The position numbers and the translations under genes were made by a program. Below, piece by piece: positions 54,444 through 64,000 of a DNA stretch of 64,000 bases. This stretch comes from Patescibacteria group bacterium. GTDB taxonomy: Bacteria > Patescibacteriota > Patescibacteriia > UBA1558 > UBA10009. Positions within the stretch are counted from its first letter, which is position 1. Every line of letters begins with the position of its first letter. The DNA lies in contig JBAZSE010000001.1 of the NCBI GenBank assembly GCA_041662565.1, positions 129,084-193,083 of the forward strand. Direction: 5' to 3'. The notes under the pieces were generated by a model. It made no database searches and had not been told where the DNA came from. It saw only the letters and a program-made list of their open reading frames with translations.

Positions 54444-57400
54444 ATGTTTTTAAAACAAAAATCAGCAATCATTTTAGCGGGGCTCTTCCTAATCATACTG
54501 GGCGTTTTGGTTATTCCTCAATTATCCTTAGCCCAAACCTCTTTAGGGTTTGAACCTGTTGGATCAACCGGTTTGGGAACTCGCGATCTTAAGGATATTA
54601 TCATCCTGATTATTAAAATCTTTTTGGGCTTTTTAGGCATAATTGCCGTTGGCTTAATTATCTGGGGCGGTTACACTTGGATGACTTCCGGCGGAGAAGA
54701 AGACAAAATTTCCGAAGGCAAAAAGATCATTACCAACGCTGTTATCGGCTTGATTATTATCTTATCTTCCTACGCGATTGTGTTATTTGTTGTTAGTAGA
54801 TTTAGTCCTGCCACTCTTAATTCCGGTAATATTAATGTTAATGAAGATAATGGCAATGGAGGCAATGGTGATGGCGGAAATAATGCTATTTTTAGAGTTA
54901 CTAACCTTCGGCCGCGCGGTAATTTAAGAATCCGCAATGTGGTTGTTCAGGCCTCATTTAATAAGGTTATCAATCCGGTTTTAATCGGCGAGAATAATGT
55001 TTTAACCAATCAACAGGCCATTAAGTTAGAAAGAGCCAATGCCAATGGCGGTTTTGAAAGGGTTGAAGGCAGTTTAACCATTGATCCTAATAACCATCAA
55101 CGGGTTTTATTTACTCCCAACTCTACTTGCCCCGAACCAAACCAGAATTTATTCTGTTTAAATTATGACGAAAATAATCCAGATTTAAACAGGTATAAAA
55201 TTACGGTGGAAAATGATCCGGCAATTTCTTTGCGGAGTGTCGGGGGATTAGCCGTTAGCTGTGTTGCCAATAGTTGTAGTGCGGAATTTACTGTAGGCGG
55301 TATTGTTGATACGCAAAACCCGGAAGTGAATTTTACCGAAGCCATTAACAGGGCTAATAATCATTTGGCTTTAAATAATAATGTAATTTTATCTCTTGAT
55401 GAAGCGTATCAATTATTAGCTCGGGCTACTGATGATGGCGGTTTAAGTGGAGTTGATTTTTATATTGTCAATGAATTTTTATCTTTTAGCGAACCTGCCG
55501 AAGAAGAAATTTTGGATTTTGTTGCCCAGGCCCAATGGGCCACCAACGGCTTGGAGTCAGGTACATTACAATTGGGCGCCAGGGCCTATGATTTAGCCGG
55601 CCAACAATCTGGTTTGGAGCAAGTAACTGTTCGCCTAAGGCCGGCTTATTGCTTTAATAACCAATTGGACGAACAACAAGGAGAAACCGCGGTTGATTGT
55701 GGCGGTTCTTGCGGGGCTTGCGATGGCGGAAGTTGTGGCGCCATAGTAGAAAATCAATGCACCCAACCGGATAACAGTTCTTGCGCTTCCAATGTTTGCA
55801 ATGTTGAATCCTGTTTGTGCCAAGGGGGCCCAAGAATTATAGCTGTTAATCCTGGTAATGGGGCTATTGGTAATTGGATTACCATAACTGGCAGAAATTT
55901 TGGTGATCAAGTCGGGCGGATTTATCTTGGAGAAACGGAAGCCCATTTGCCACCGAGGAATTTTTGCCCCACTACCTGGTCCAATGAGCAAATTATTATT
56001 GAATTGCCGGTTGGGATATCCGTCGGCAATGGCCAAATCAGAGTTGTTACCAGTGATGGCTTAATGAGCAACCAAACCGATTTTTTGGTTAACAATGTTG
56101 AGCGCCCCGGTTTATGCGCTCTTAGCCAACAGTCAGGTAGATTTGGCGATCGTTTGAATTTAGTTGGTTATCAGTTTGGTAATTTAGCGGACCAAAATAT
56201 TTCTAAAGATGTTTATTTTGGACAGGTTGAACAAAATTTTTCTTTAAGCAATCAGAGCTGGCGAACGGTTATTGGCCGAGGAATTATTTCCGGTAATTTA
56301 CCTAATTTAAGCGCTGGGCAAACTTCGGTTAAAATCAGGGTTAATGGCCAAGATAGCAATGCTTTGCCATTTACAATTTTGGGCGAACAAAATGTTCCGC
56401 GGATTACAGATTTTGAGCCCAAATTTGGCAATGCCGGAGAATATATAAATATTTACGGTTCGGGTTTTGGCGAATATAGAGAAGGGCAATCTTTAGTTAC
56501 TTTTGCCCAAAACGTTTCCGGCAGTTTTGATTTTCCTGACGAATGCCGGGCTGGTAATTCTTTTTGGCAAGACGGTCATATTATTGTTAAAGTGCCCGAA
56601 GGGGCATCAGACGGCATTTTTAAGGTGATAACCTTTGATCAGCAGCAAGTTGAGGCGCCAGCCAGTTTTGATTTTCAAGCCGAAGCCGAACTGACTCCGG
56701 GCATCTGTAGTTTGTATCCCCGGGAAGGTTTGGTAGGTTCGGTTTTTGATGTGGCGGGAGAATATTTTAATAACGGAATTTTAAAACTAGGTGAACTTGA
56801 TTTAAATGTTGAACCCGATAACGCCCAGAGGCATTTTAATAATGTAAGAGTTCCGGTGGGAGCGCAGTCGGGTCAAGTTAAAGTTGTCAGAGGGGATTTG
56901 GTCAGTAATGCTCTTGATTTTATAGTGACTCCTGCTGTTGGTCAGGAACCGCAAGAACCCAATGGTTATTATCAATGGCAATTTACCACTTGTGATAATT
57001 GCTTGGTGCCCGAAGTGGTAGAAAGCCAAAGCTGTCAGCTTGGCTTGGCTTCGCCTACGCCCAGAAAAAACAGCCAGGGTAATTTTGTTGATACTTTAAT
57101 TTCCGCCGCTTTTAATACGGATATGAACAATGATTCATTTGATCTTGGTGCAACCGTAGTTATTAGTTATTGTGGTAACGGGCAAGAACCGGCTAATTGT
57201 TCGCAGTTGGATAATTTAAACGGTAATTTTAATTTCGCCGAAACCAATACTGGCGAAAATTTCACTTTGGCTTTAACCAATCCGCTTAATACTTCAAGTT
57301 GGTATCGGGTAGTTTTGCAGAATTTAACAAGCCAAGCGGAAAATTTGCCTTTGGCAGAATCTTATATTTGGAATTTTAAAACCAAAGATGATAACAGTTC

Positions 57401-60400
57401 TTGCCAAATTACCAATGTGGGCGTTAATCCCAGACAACGTTTGATTAGCAATAATTCGCCTGTTTATGTAAATGACAATATTAAATATCAAGCCAATGCT
57501 TATAATTTGGAAAACTGCAATATTTGCCCGGATCGTTTTACTTGGTCTTGGGATTCTTCCAATCAAGATAAAGCCCAAATAGATAAAGCTTCCCATATTA
57601 ACCAAAGCATGTTGCAAGCTAAAGCGGTAACGGAAATTTCGGCTGTGATAACCGCTACGGCCCAAGATAACCAAGAACATAGCGCCACCGGCCAAGCCAG
57701 TTTGGATATTGTGCCCAAGGATTTTAGCATTTTATCGGATGCTTCCTGCCTTAATAAACCGCAAAGCCCAAGCCCGGCGCCATCATTTACCAAGACCTGT
57801 TTAAACGCTAAAATTTCCGTGCAGTTTGATTCTTTAATGCCGGATAGCTTGCTTGGCGGCGCTCCCTTAACTTTAACGCAAACAGCCGCTAACGTTACCG
57901 TGCCTTTGGTTTTGGAAAGCGGTCTTTATTATGAAGTAGGCGGACGCCATGGCTTAAGAGGTTTAGTGGCTTCGCCCGAACAAAATTTGTTGCCAAACAC
58001 TTGGTATGAGGTTGCTGTTAATCCTAATTTAAAAAATCTTGCCGGCGGCTGGCTGGTGGGCAAAACCAGCTGGCAATTTAAAACCAAAGCCAGTAATGAA
58101 CTTTGCCAGTTTGATAAAATTTTGGTTAATCCTGCTTCGGCCGTTTTGCAAATAAATGCCAATCAAAATTATACTGCCCAAACATTGGATGGCGCTTCTT
58201 GCCAATTGTTAAAAAATCCAGAAGATTTGCGTTTTTCGTGGCGAGTGGAAAATGAGGCCATTGCCAGTATTGCTCCCGGCAATCAAAATCAAGCTGTAGT
58301 TAATGCCAAAGAAATTGGTGAAACTTATATCCGCGCCACAGCCGCTGGCAAAGAAAATAGCGGAGAAAACGGCCGTTTAAGAGTTAATAATAATGAAGTA
58401 GAAGGCCCTGTTGATTTAACCATTACCAGGCATCAGCCAATAGGCGAACTGGTTTGCCCCAATGCTTTGGTACAAGTGCGGTTTAATTTAGAGCTTAATT
58501 CGGCAACATTAACCGAGGCTAATTTTACGGTTTTAGCCACCAGCCAGGCCTGCCCCAATGGCTGCCCTGTCCGCACTCAAATTACCGCCAATCAAAATAA
58601 AACAGTAGTTAATTTATTGCCAGCTTTAAATGCCAATTGGGATCAAGGTACGGTTTATACGGTTAAGGTTCATGGGGGCGAAGCCGGAATTAAGGCCAAA
58701 ACAGGAGAATCGTTAAATAATACCGGCTGTTCTCAAGGAATGGCTTGGGAAGATGGCCAAAGTTGCAATTGGTCGTTTACCACTAAAAATGATATTTGCC
58801 AGCCAAAACAGGTGGTTGTAGAACCGGCAACGGCAACAATAAATGCCGGCAGTACCCAGGATTGGTTGGGTTCAGTTTTAGCTCAAGATGGCACTTTATT
58901 GATGGATAAAATCGACAGTTGGGTTTCAGGCGATGATCGTTTTGCCGATGTTACCCAGTCGGTAGACGATAAATCACTGGCAGTTTCTACCGGCAAAGCT
59001 GAAGGCCAGGCAATTATAACCGCTTCCATTGGACAAATTAAAGGCCTTGCCATTTTAACCGTGAATGATTTATTAAACGGCCCTCATATTTTAAGTAACA
59101 TCCCCATTGATGGGGCAACCCAAGTTTGCCGCAATGCTTTAGTTAAAGTTGAGTTTGATAAATTGCTAGATGTTAAAACAGTTAATGCAAATACTTTTAA
59201 AATAGAATATCAATCGCCTCAACAATTTAACGGTTGCAGCCAGGTAGCGGTAAATAAAAAATTGCCAACTTTGTGGCCTACTCAAGGGTTTATTGGTAGA
59301 TTATTTAACAACCTGGTTGCCGATGCCTTTAATTGGTTGAAAGATAAATTGTTTAGCAGGGTCAGCGCTGCTGTTTATTGGTGCCCGGTATCGGGCCAGT
59401 GGTTAAGTGAAAATTATCAAGGCCAAACAGCGGTCCATTTTTCCTTAAGCAAAGAAATGGAAAAAAACACCTTGGTTCGGGTAACGGTGAGGGGAGGAGT
59501 AGCCGGTGTTAAAGCCACCAATGGTTTGCCTTTGTCTGGAGAACTTAATGAGCAGGGAAATTACAGTTATCAGTTTACTGCCGGAGAAGATGTTTGTAAT
59601 TTGGCTTTTGTAACTGTGTCGGCAAACCAAGTTTCGGGTGCTTCAGATTGGACTTTTATCACCAGTTTTGATAATCAAACTGATAATAATTTAAATGATG
59701 GCGCAACTTTTGATACGATTTCTGATCGGGATAAAAAATATCAGGCCGCCGGTTTTAGTTCGGCCGGCGAATTGTTAGTGCCAATTGCCGGCTTGGCTGG
59801 CCATGATTGGAGTTGGGAATGGCAAACTTCGGATAACAGCGTGGCTTCATTATTGGCTACCCAAGATGACTTTTTAGTGGTGGGAGCTAATAATAAAAAT
59901 GGCGAAGCCAACATTACGGCCATTGCCAAGTATCCCGAAAATTATCCTAAAAAATCTTTATCTGCTGTTGGACGGGCTGTTGTTGATTTATGCGTTAATC
60001 CTTGGAATCCTGCCGGTCAACAAGGAACAGACGTCAAATTTACCGATCAGACCTATAATTTTTCCATAAAGTATTGCCGGGATAATGGAGCGGTGGGTCT
60101 TGAAGATGATTTGCCGACACTTGGTTTGCCGCAGGCCATTGAACATAATGCCAACGATCCGGCTAAAGATGATTTAAAGAGAGAATATTTAATTCCGGTG
60201 CCTACAACCGGCGATGTGGTTGGTTTAAGGATTTATACCAATGACTCCCATTTATCGCCCTTGGCCTGGTATCAAAAAAACATTACCGTTAAGGGTAGGC
60301 CTAATGCCGGCACGGTTGATGGTTATCAATCCATTACCGATGGCCGAACTGTTTATGTGGCCGCGGCTAACGCTCATATTGGTCAAAATTTATTGGGCTT

Positions 60401-63400
60401 TAATTCTCAAATTAACCGCAGTTTGGCTAATTTGCCTGTTAAAACCTATAAAGCAGATAATTTTTGGAGCCATGCCGCTGGCCTGGTTGCCAGTTTGTTT
60501 ACGCCTGCCAAAGCTGCAGTTGCTCCAGGGAATAATAATGGTAATGCTTTAAATGCCTTAAATTTTGCGCAAAATCTAAAGCAATTGGAGAATTTAAACA
60601 ATCAGCTTTATCAGGGCTCATTAACAGCTCAAGAGCAAGCGGATTTTCGCCAAAATTTAAATGATTTCAACCAAAATTATAACAGGCAAGAACTGCTTAA
60701 TGCTGGGGTTGATCAAAATCAGCTTAACGCTTTTGAGGCCAATTTAAATAATTTAAATCAAGGTTTTAATCAGCAGAATAACAATCAAAACAACTTTGAT
60801 GATAATTATTTAAATGATCAAATTAATAATATTGATTGGGCCTTTACCAATATTTATCTGCTTTCTTATAACCAAAACGCCAATCCGGCAACTTTGGAAA
60901 TAGTTAAGCGTTTGCTAGACAATTGGAATTTTAATACCAACATCAATAATCCCGTACTTAAAGATAAGCTCATTAGGGATACGATTCGTTTAGCCGATCT
61001 AACAGCTGTTGCGGGCAGTTTGGATAGTTATCAATCTTCCCACGGAGCCAAGTATCCGACTCTTTCGGCTGGCACTTTTTTAAGCGGCCGAACCAATAGC
61101 AAGTGGCCTTCTTGGAATCAAGGTTTGGCTTCCGAATTAAAATCAGGCGGACTGCCGGTTGATCCGATTAATAAATTCAACCAATGTATTGTTTGTACCG
61201 AACCGCAATTATTAAATTCCGGTTTTGAAGAAAATGAGAATTTTAATGACCAATCGGCTTGGAGAAAAGTTGGCGAAGAAAGAGTAGGAGATCAAATTGC
61301 GGTAACGCAAAATCAAAATCAATCATATATTAAAGAAGGCAATTCTTCATTATCAATTTTAGCCCCCAGTGCGCGAGGAGGCGTAGCCCAATCAGTCAAT
61401 TTACTGCCTAACACCACTTATGAACTAAGTGCCTGGGTTTATCTTGTTTCTGGCCGGGCACACCTAACCTTTAATGGGGCGGATTACGGCAATGAATGGT
61501 TAAGCCCGCCGGATAAAACCGGCTGGGTCATGCTTAAAAATCGGTTGGTAACCAATGCTTTTGCCGGCAACGGCCAAAACGGCACTGATAACTTTATTTT
61601 TATCCGCTCGCACGAAGGCGGAGCCCAATTTTATGTTGATCAAGTAAATATTCAAACTCAAGGCGGTAATTGCGGTTATGACAGAGAAACATGTTGGAAT
61701 CCTAATGCCAACCAAAGCCAGGGCGCTTTTGCTTGCGATGCCGAATCCTATTTTTATTCCTATCAAAGCTTGGGTCAAAGCAACTACCTCTTGGCCGCCA
61801 AAATGGAAACAACCGCTGATTGGCGTGGCGGACAGTTAAACAATCATTTTCGTTTGGATATTGAAAAAGTTTTAGGTTGCACTACCCAAGCCGTTGGCGG
61901 CTACTGCGGGGATGCCCAAATTAATGATCAAGAACAATGCGAACCGGGTATGAGTTACAATTATTGCCCAGGTGGGCATAATTGGAATAGTCCGCTGGTG
62001 CTGGGTTGTTATGAAATGGGAACGCCCAAACAGTGTACTTGGGTAAATCCCGATGATGATGTTAATTTTTCGTGTTATGGCTTAAGCCCAGAAGAATGTT
62101 GCGGCGGTTATTGCGGGGATGGCATTTTAAATACCCAAGAGGCCGGTTACGCCAATTTGGCTCTTGATGAAGAATGTGATATTTCCGCCAGAGGCAATGA
62201 AGGTTTTGCCAAGGGCGCGCGTGTAGGTAGTGCTGATGATAATCAATATGCTTGTAGCCAAAATTGTAAGGATGTTGGCGGTTGGTGCGGTGATGGCCGG
62301 GTACAAAGCGTTTATGGAGAAAACTGTGATGGTTCGGCTGCTGGCTGGGCCTGTACTGGCGGAGGCGTGCCAAGCTGTTCAGCCCAGAGTTGCCAAATAT
62401 CTTGTAATAGAGGTGATCCTTACCAAGGCCAATGCAATGATGGCATTAAACAGCCCCAGGAATTTTGCGACGGCCAGATTGGAGTTGGTGCTAATGAAAT
62501 TTGCAATAATACTTGTAGCGATTCCATTTGCGTTGATGGATATAGAAAATGCGGCGATACTTGTGTAGCGATAGATGTTAATAATTGTGCCAGTTGCGGT
62601 AATCAATGCGCTGACCCTGCAAGCGGCAATGGCCGAGCACAGTGCCGAGAATTTGATCATGAATATCCTTCTTGCGGCGTAGTTTGCTATAATGGTTTTC
62701 ATCTGGATGGCGGCAGGTGCTTGCCCGATGCGGTTTGTGGTAATGATATTATTGAAGAAAACGAGGCCTGCGATGACGGCAATCATAATGGCAGTAATAA
62801 TTATTGCAAGAGGGATTGTTCCGGTTTTGATTTGGGTAACAGGATTTTCTTGGATAATTTTGATGATGGCGGTGTTTGGGCTGTGCCGGGCGGGCAAACT
62901 TGGGTAGCCAGAGAACATGGAGCTTTTGAAGAGGCCATTTGGTCGGTTGTTGATTTGGCAAATGACAGCAATCCATATACTTTGCAAGGAACCAACCAAA
63001 CCGACGGTGATCCTGCTTGTGGAAATTCCGAAAGATGGTATTTAAAATCTTTAGTGCCGGCTAGTTTTAATAACCAAAATGTGACAATTGTTTCCAGAAT
63101 TAAAATTAAACCCGGCAACCCCAATACTTTGATTTTAGGCAATTATACTTATAATCAAAACAATCCCGGTCAAGAATCCGCTTATGCATTGTGGGCTAAT
63201 TACCGAGGCACTCATCGGTTAAGTTTGATTAAAGTTAACCGCATGGATAGGCCGTTAAATGATGAAGGGCTGGTAACTCTTTTGGATAATTTTGGCGCCG
63301 GCCAAGCAATCCCAACCGATGAATGGTACTGGCTGGCCTTAAAAATAACCCATAACGGCAATAACGCAACCATTAACTATATTGATTGGCAGGATGGCCA

Positions 63401-63542
63401 AGCCATGCCAGATGTGGCAGATTGGCATGAAGCCGGTGATAATAATAACAATGCTTTAACCGGCGGAACTTTTGGCTTAGCCGTTTGGGGTGACTGCTCA
63501 ACCAGCTGGTATGATGATTTTCAAGTTTATCAGAATCAATAA
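54444..63542 (+). CDS. Giant (3032 aa) multidomain surface protein. N-terminal VirB2/TrbC-like pilin domain, then Big_5, four IPT/TIG, Big_2, an Asn/Gln-rich region, CBM4/9-like, Myxococcus-type Cys-rich repeats and a C-terminal LamG/ConA-like domain
   Basis: The N-terminal ~115 aa are about 90% identical to the 52650 gene. IPT runs over ~55825-56950 ('GPRIIAVNPGNGAIGNWITITGRNFG', etc.). Big_2 runs over ~58100-59080. N/Q-rich region over 60530-60960. 'NSGFEENENF ... AW ... YELSAWVY' (CBM) near 61200-61640. 'CGDGxxxxxExCD' repeats over 62100-62830. A jelly-roll tail over 62850-63540. Confidence 0.75.
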   Translation: MFLKQKSAIILAGLFLIILGVLVIPQLSLAQTSLGFEPVGSTGLGTRDLKDIIILIIKIFLGFLGIIAVGLIIWGGYTWMTSGGEEDKISEGKKIITNAVIGLIIILSSYAIVLFVVSRFSPATLNSGNINVNEDNGNGGNGDGGNNAIFRVTNLRPRGNLRIRNVVVQASFNKVINPVLIGENNVLTNQQAIKLERANANGGFERVEGSLTIDPNNHQRVLFTPNSTCPEPNQNLFCLNYDENNPDLNRYKITVENDPAISLRSVGGLAVSCVANSCSAEFTVGGIVDTQNPEVNFTEAINRANNHLALNNNVILSLDEAYQLLARATDDGGLSGVDFYIVNEFLSFSEPAEEEILDFVAQAQWATNGLESGTLQLGARAYDLAGQQSGLEQVTVRLRPAYCFNNQLDEQQGETAVDCGGSCGACDGGSCGAIVENQCTQPDNSSCASNVCNVESCLCQGGPRIIAVNPGNGAIGNWITITGRNFGDQVGRIYLGETEAHLPPRNFCPTTWSNEQIIIELPVGISVGNGQIRVVTSDGLMSNQTDFLVNNVERPGLCALSQQSGRFGDRLNLVGYQFGNLADQNISKDVYFGQVEQNFSLSNQSWRTVIGRGIISGNLPNLSAGQTSVKIRVNGQDSNALPFTILGEQNVPRITDFEPKFGNAGEYINIYGSGFGEYREGQSLVTFAQNVSGSFDFPDECRAGNSFWQDGHIIVKVPEGASDGIFKVITFDQQQVEAPASFDFQAEAELTPGICSLYPREGLVGSVFDVAGEYFNNGILKLGELDLNVEPDNAQRHFNNVRVPVGAQSGQVKVVRGDLVSNALDFIVTPAVGQEPQEPNGYYQWQFTTCDNCLVPEVVESQSCQLGLASPTPRKNSQGNFVDTLISAAFNTDMNNDSFDLGATVVISYCGNGQEPANCSQLDNLNGNFNFAETNTGENFTLALTNPLNTSSWYRVVLQNLTSQAENLPLAESYIWNFKTKDDNSSCQITNVGVNPRQRLISNNSPVYVNDNIKYQANAYNLENCNICPDRFTWSWDSSNQDKAQIDKASHINQSMLQAKAVTEISAVITATAQDNQEHSATGQASLDIVPKDFSILSDASCLNKPQSPSPAPSFTKTCLNAKISVQFDSLMPDSLLGGAPLTLTQTAANVTVPLVLESGLYYEVGGRHGLRGLVASPEQNLLPNTWYEVAVNPNLKNLAGGWLVGKTSWQFKTKASNELCQFDKILVNPASAVLQINANQNYTAQTLDGASCQLLKNPEDLRFSWRVENEAIASIAPGNQNQAVVNAKEIGETYIRATAAGKENSGENGRLRVNNNEVEGPVDLTITRHQPIGELVCPNALVQVRFNLELNSATLTEANFTVLATSQACPNGCPVRTQITANQNKTVVNLLPALNANWDQGTVYTVKVHGGEAGIKAKTGESLNNTGCSQGMAWEDGQSCNWSFTTKNDICQPKQVVVEPATATINAGSTQDWLGSVLAQDGTLLMDKIDSWVSGDDRFADVTQSVDDKSLAVSTGKAEGQAIITASIGQIKGLAILTVNDLLNGPHILSNIPIDGATQVCRNALVKVEFDKLLDVKTVNANTFKIEYQSPQQFNGCSQVAVNKKLPTLWPTQGFIGRLFNNLVADAFNWLKDKLFSRVSAAVYWCPVSGQWLSENYQGQTAVHFSLSKEMEKNTLVRVTVRGGVAGVKATNGLPLSGELNEQGNYSYQFTAGEDVCNLAFVTVSANQVSGASDWTFITSFDNQTDNNLNDGATFDTISDRDKKYQAAGFSSAGELLVPIAGLAGHDWSWEWQTSDNSVASLLATQDDFLVVGANNKNGEANITAIAKYPENYPKKSLSAVGRAVVDLCVNPWNPAGQQGTDVKFTDQTYNFSIKYCRDNGAVGLEDDLPTLGLPQAIEHNANDPAKDDLKREYLIPVPTTGDVVGLRIYTNDSHLSPLAWYQKNITVKGRPNAGTVDGYQSITDGRTVYVAAANAHIGQNLLGFNSQINRSLANLPVKTYKADNFWSHAAGLVASLFTPAKAAVAPGNNNGNALNALNFAQNLKQLENLNNQLYQGSLTAQEQADFRQNLNDFNQNYNRQELLNAGVDQNQLNAFEANLNNLNQGFNQQNNNQNNFDDNYLNDQINNIDWAFTNIYLLSYNQNANPATLEIVKRLLDNWNFNTNINNPVLKDKLIRDTIRLADLTAVAGSLDSYQSSHGAKYPTLSAGTFLSGRTNSKWPSWNQGLASELKSGGLPVDPINKFNQCIVCTEPQLLNSGFEENENFNDQSAWRKVGEERVGDQIAVTQNQNQSYIKEGNSSLSILAPSARGGVAQSVNLLPNTTYELSAWVYLVSGRAHLTFNGADYGNEWLSPPDKTGWVMLKNRLVTNAFAGNGQNGTDNFIFIRSHEGGAQFYVDQVNIQTQGGNCGYDRETCWNPNANQSQGAFACDAESYFYSYQSLGQSNYLLAAKMETTADWRGGQLNNHFRLDIEKVLGCTTQAVGGYCGDAQINDQEQCEPGMSYNYCPGGHNWNSPLVLGCYEMGTPKQCTWVNPDDDVNFSCYGLSPEECCGGYCGDGILNTQEAGYANLALDEECDISARGNEGFAKGARVGSADDNQYACSQNCKDVGGWCGDGRVQSVYGENCDGSAAGWACTGGGVPSCSAQSCQISCNRGDPYQGQCNDGIKQPQEFCDGQIGVGANEICNNTCSDSICVDGYRKCGDTCVAIDVNNCASCGNQCADPASGNGRAQCREFDHEYPSCGVVCYNGFHLDGGRCLPDAVCGNDIIEENEACDDGNHNGSNNYCKRDCSGFDLGNRIFLDNFDDGGVWAVPGGQTWVAREHGAFEEAIWSVVDLANDSNPYTLQGTNQTDGDPACGNSERWYLKSLVPASFNNQNVTIVSRIKIKPGNPNTLILGNYTYNQNNPGQESAYALWANYRGTHRLSLIKVNRMDRPLNDEGLVTLLDNFGAGQAIPTDEWYWLALKITHNGNNATINYIDWQDGQAMPDVADWHEAGDNNNNALTGGTFGLAVWGDCSTSWYDDFQVYQNQ

Positions 63543-63660
63543 TTGTGGTATAATAAACAGAGAATTTCGAATACTGAATTCTGAATTTCGATTAAATTTT
63601 GAAATTAGAAATTTTGAATTCTTAATTCATTCCAAATACAAAATTAAACATTAAACCCTT
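63543..63660 (+). promoter_or_regulatory. Extended -10 promoter (TGgTATAAT, 63546-63554) followed by an AT-rich leader with repeated GAATTTCGA / AAATTTTGAA motifs
   Basis: 'ttgTGGTATAATaaac' directly after the giant gene's stop. Direct repeats 'gaatttcgaata ... gaatttcgatta' and 'aaattttgaaatt ... gaaattttgaatt'. Confidence 0.4.
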
Positions 63661-64000
63661 ATGTTTGATCCTAAAACAATTTCCAAAGCCCCTAATTTGG
63701 TGGATGGTATAGGCGTGGAGCCAATGGCGCCTGTTCTTCCTTCAATGCCTTCAACTCAAGCTGCGGCAGGAACCGAAGATATTTTTGCCGAGGCCGATCC
63801 AACAGCAAATATGTCCGCCTTAAAGCCAAAAATCAATCCAATCAACGCTTCTGCTCCGGTGTATTCTGCTGCCCCGCCTGAACCTTTAATGCAATTGCCC
63901 GATGACGCAGAAGAAGAAGGCGAGGGACATAAAAAGTTTTTCTTTATCGGATTAATTATCTTATTGGCCATACTCGCGGCCGGAGGTTATTTTGTCTATG
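63661..64000 (+). CDS. Hypothetical Pro/Ala-rich protein with a TM helix, 3'-partial (runs off the window end)
   Basis: ATG at 63661. 113 codons without a stop, ending in 'KKFFFIGLIILLAILAAGGYFVY'. Confidence 0.45.
   Translation, partial: MFDPKTISKAPNLVDGIGVEPMAPVLPSMPSTQAAAGTEDIFAEADPTANMSALKPKINPINASAPVYSAAPPEPLMQLPDDAEEEGEGHKKFFFIGLIILLAILAAGGYFVY

Noticed and set aside
1-64000. Alternative genetic code (UGA or UAA reassignment) or CRISPR arrays
   Set aside because: ORFs of 7.5 and 9.1 kb are uninterrupted under the standard code and genes end in TAA, TAG or TGA. No short direct repeats with unique spacers are present. The only stop-context oddity is local, at 27933

Overview
The window is AT-rich and tightly packed, with many TAATG or 2-nt gene junctions, weak Shine-Dalgarno sites, standard genetic code and no CRISPR array or transposase. 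It looks like a small-genome, Patescibacteria/CPR-like bacterium, but that is an inference from style only. It holds two kinds of sequence.

(1) Ordinary housekeeping blocks:
- rpsF-ssb-rpsR and efp
- radA, recG
- tRNA-Leu(CAA), parA-parB
- rel, folC, a YhhQ-like transporter, dprA, pth, der, an LCP-family protein
- tRNA-Val(CAC), lepB-hisS, rpsU and a YqeY-like protein

(2) Two unusual accessory regions:

(a) About 15.4-26.8 kb: five tandem, tightly coupled paralogs (~480-500 aa each). Each has a divergent N-terminal region of about 380 aa fused to a C-terminal PEP-utilizing-enzyme phosphohistidine swivel domain. They follow a Trm11-like methyltransferase gene and precede a possible histidine-phosphatase-like gene. 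A stand-alone PpsA-type ATP-binding N-domain (PPDK_N) gene with its own extended -10 promoter opens the next operon. This looks like a split PEP-synthase / rifampin-phosphotransferase-like system with five alternative phosphohistidine modules.

(b) A type IV secretion/pilus-like locus read directly from the PPDK_N gene:
- a PrgI/VirB3-like gene
- an orphan VirB4 N-domain paralog
- a VirB4/PrgJ ATPase
- bitopic and polytopic membrane proteins
- a frameshifted beta-propeller gene
- a DsbA-like oxidoreductase
- a Cys-rich protein with a TrbC/VirB2-like pilin hairpin plus a LAS/M15-like peptidase signature
- a VirB6-like giant membrane protein
- three giant or large cysteine-rich surface proteins of more than 2521, 593 and 3032 aa. 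These are built from CBM4/9-like, Big_5, Big_2, IPT/TIG, Myxococcus-type Cys-rich repeat and LamG-like modules. Two of them start with a near-identical VirB2/TrbC-like pilin domain.

Several structured non-coding elements were also seen: a candidate promoter-to-terminator ncRNA between dprA and pth, a structured spacer between ssb and rpsR, a long inverted repeat in the yhhQ leader, and hairpins with repeated motifs.
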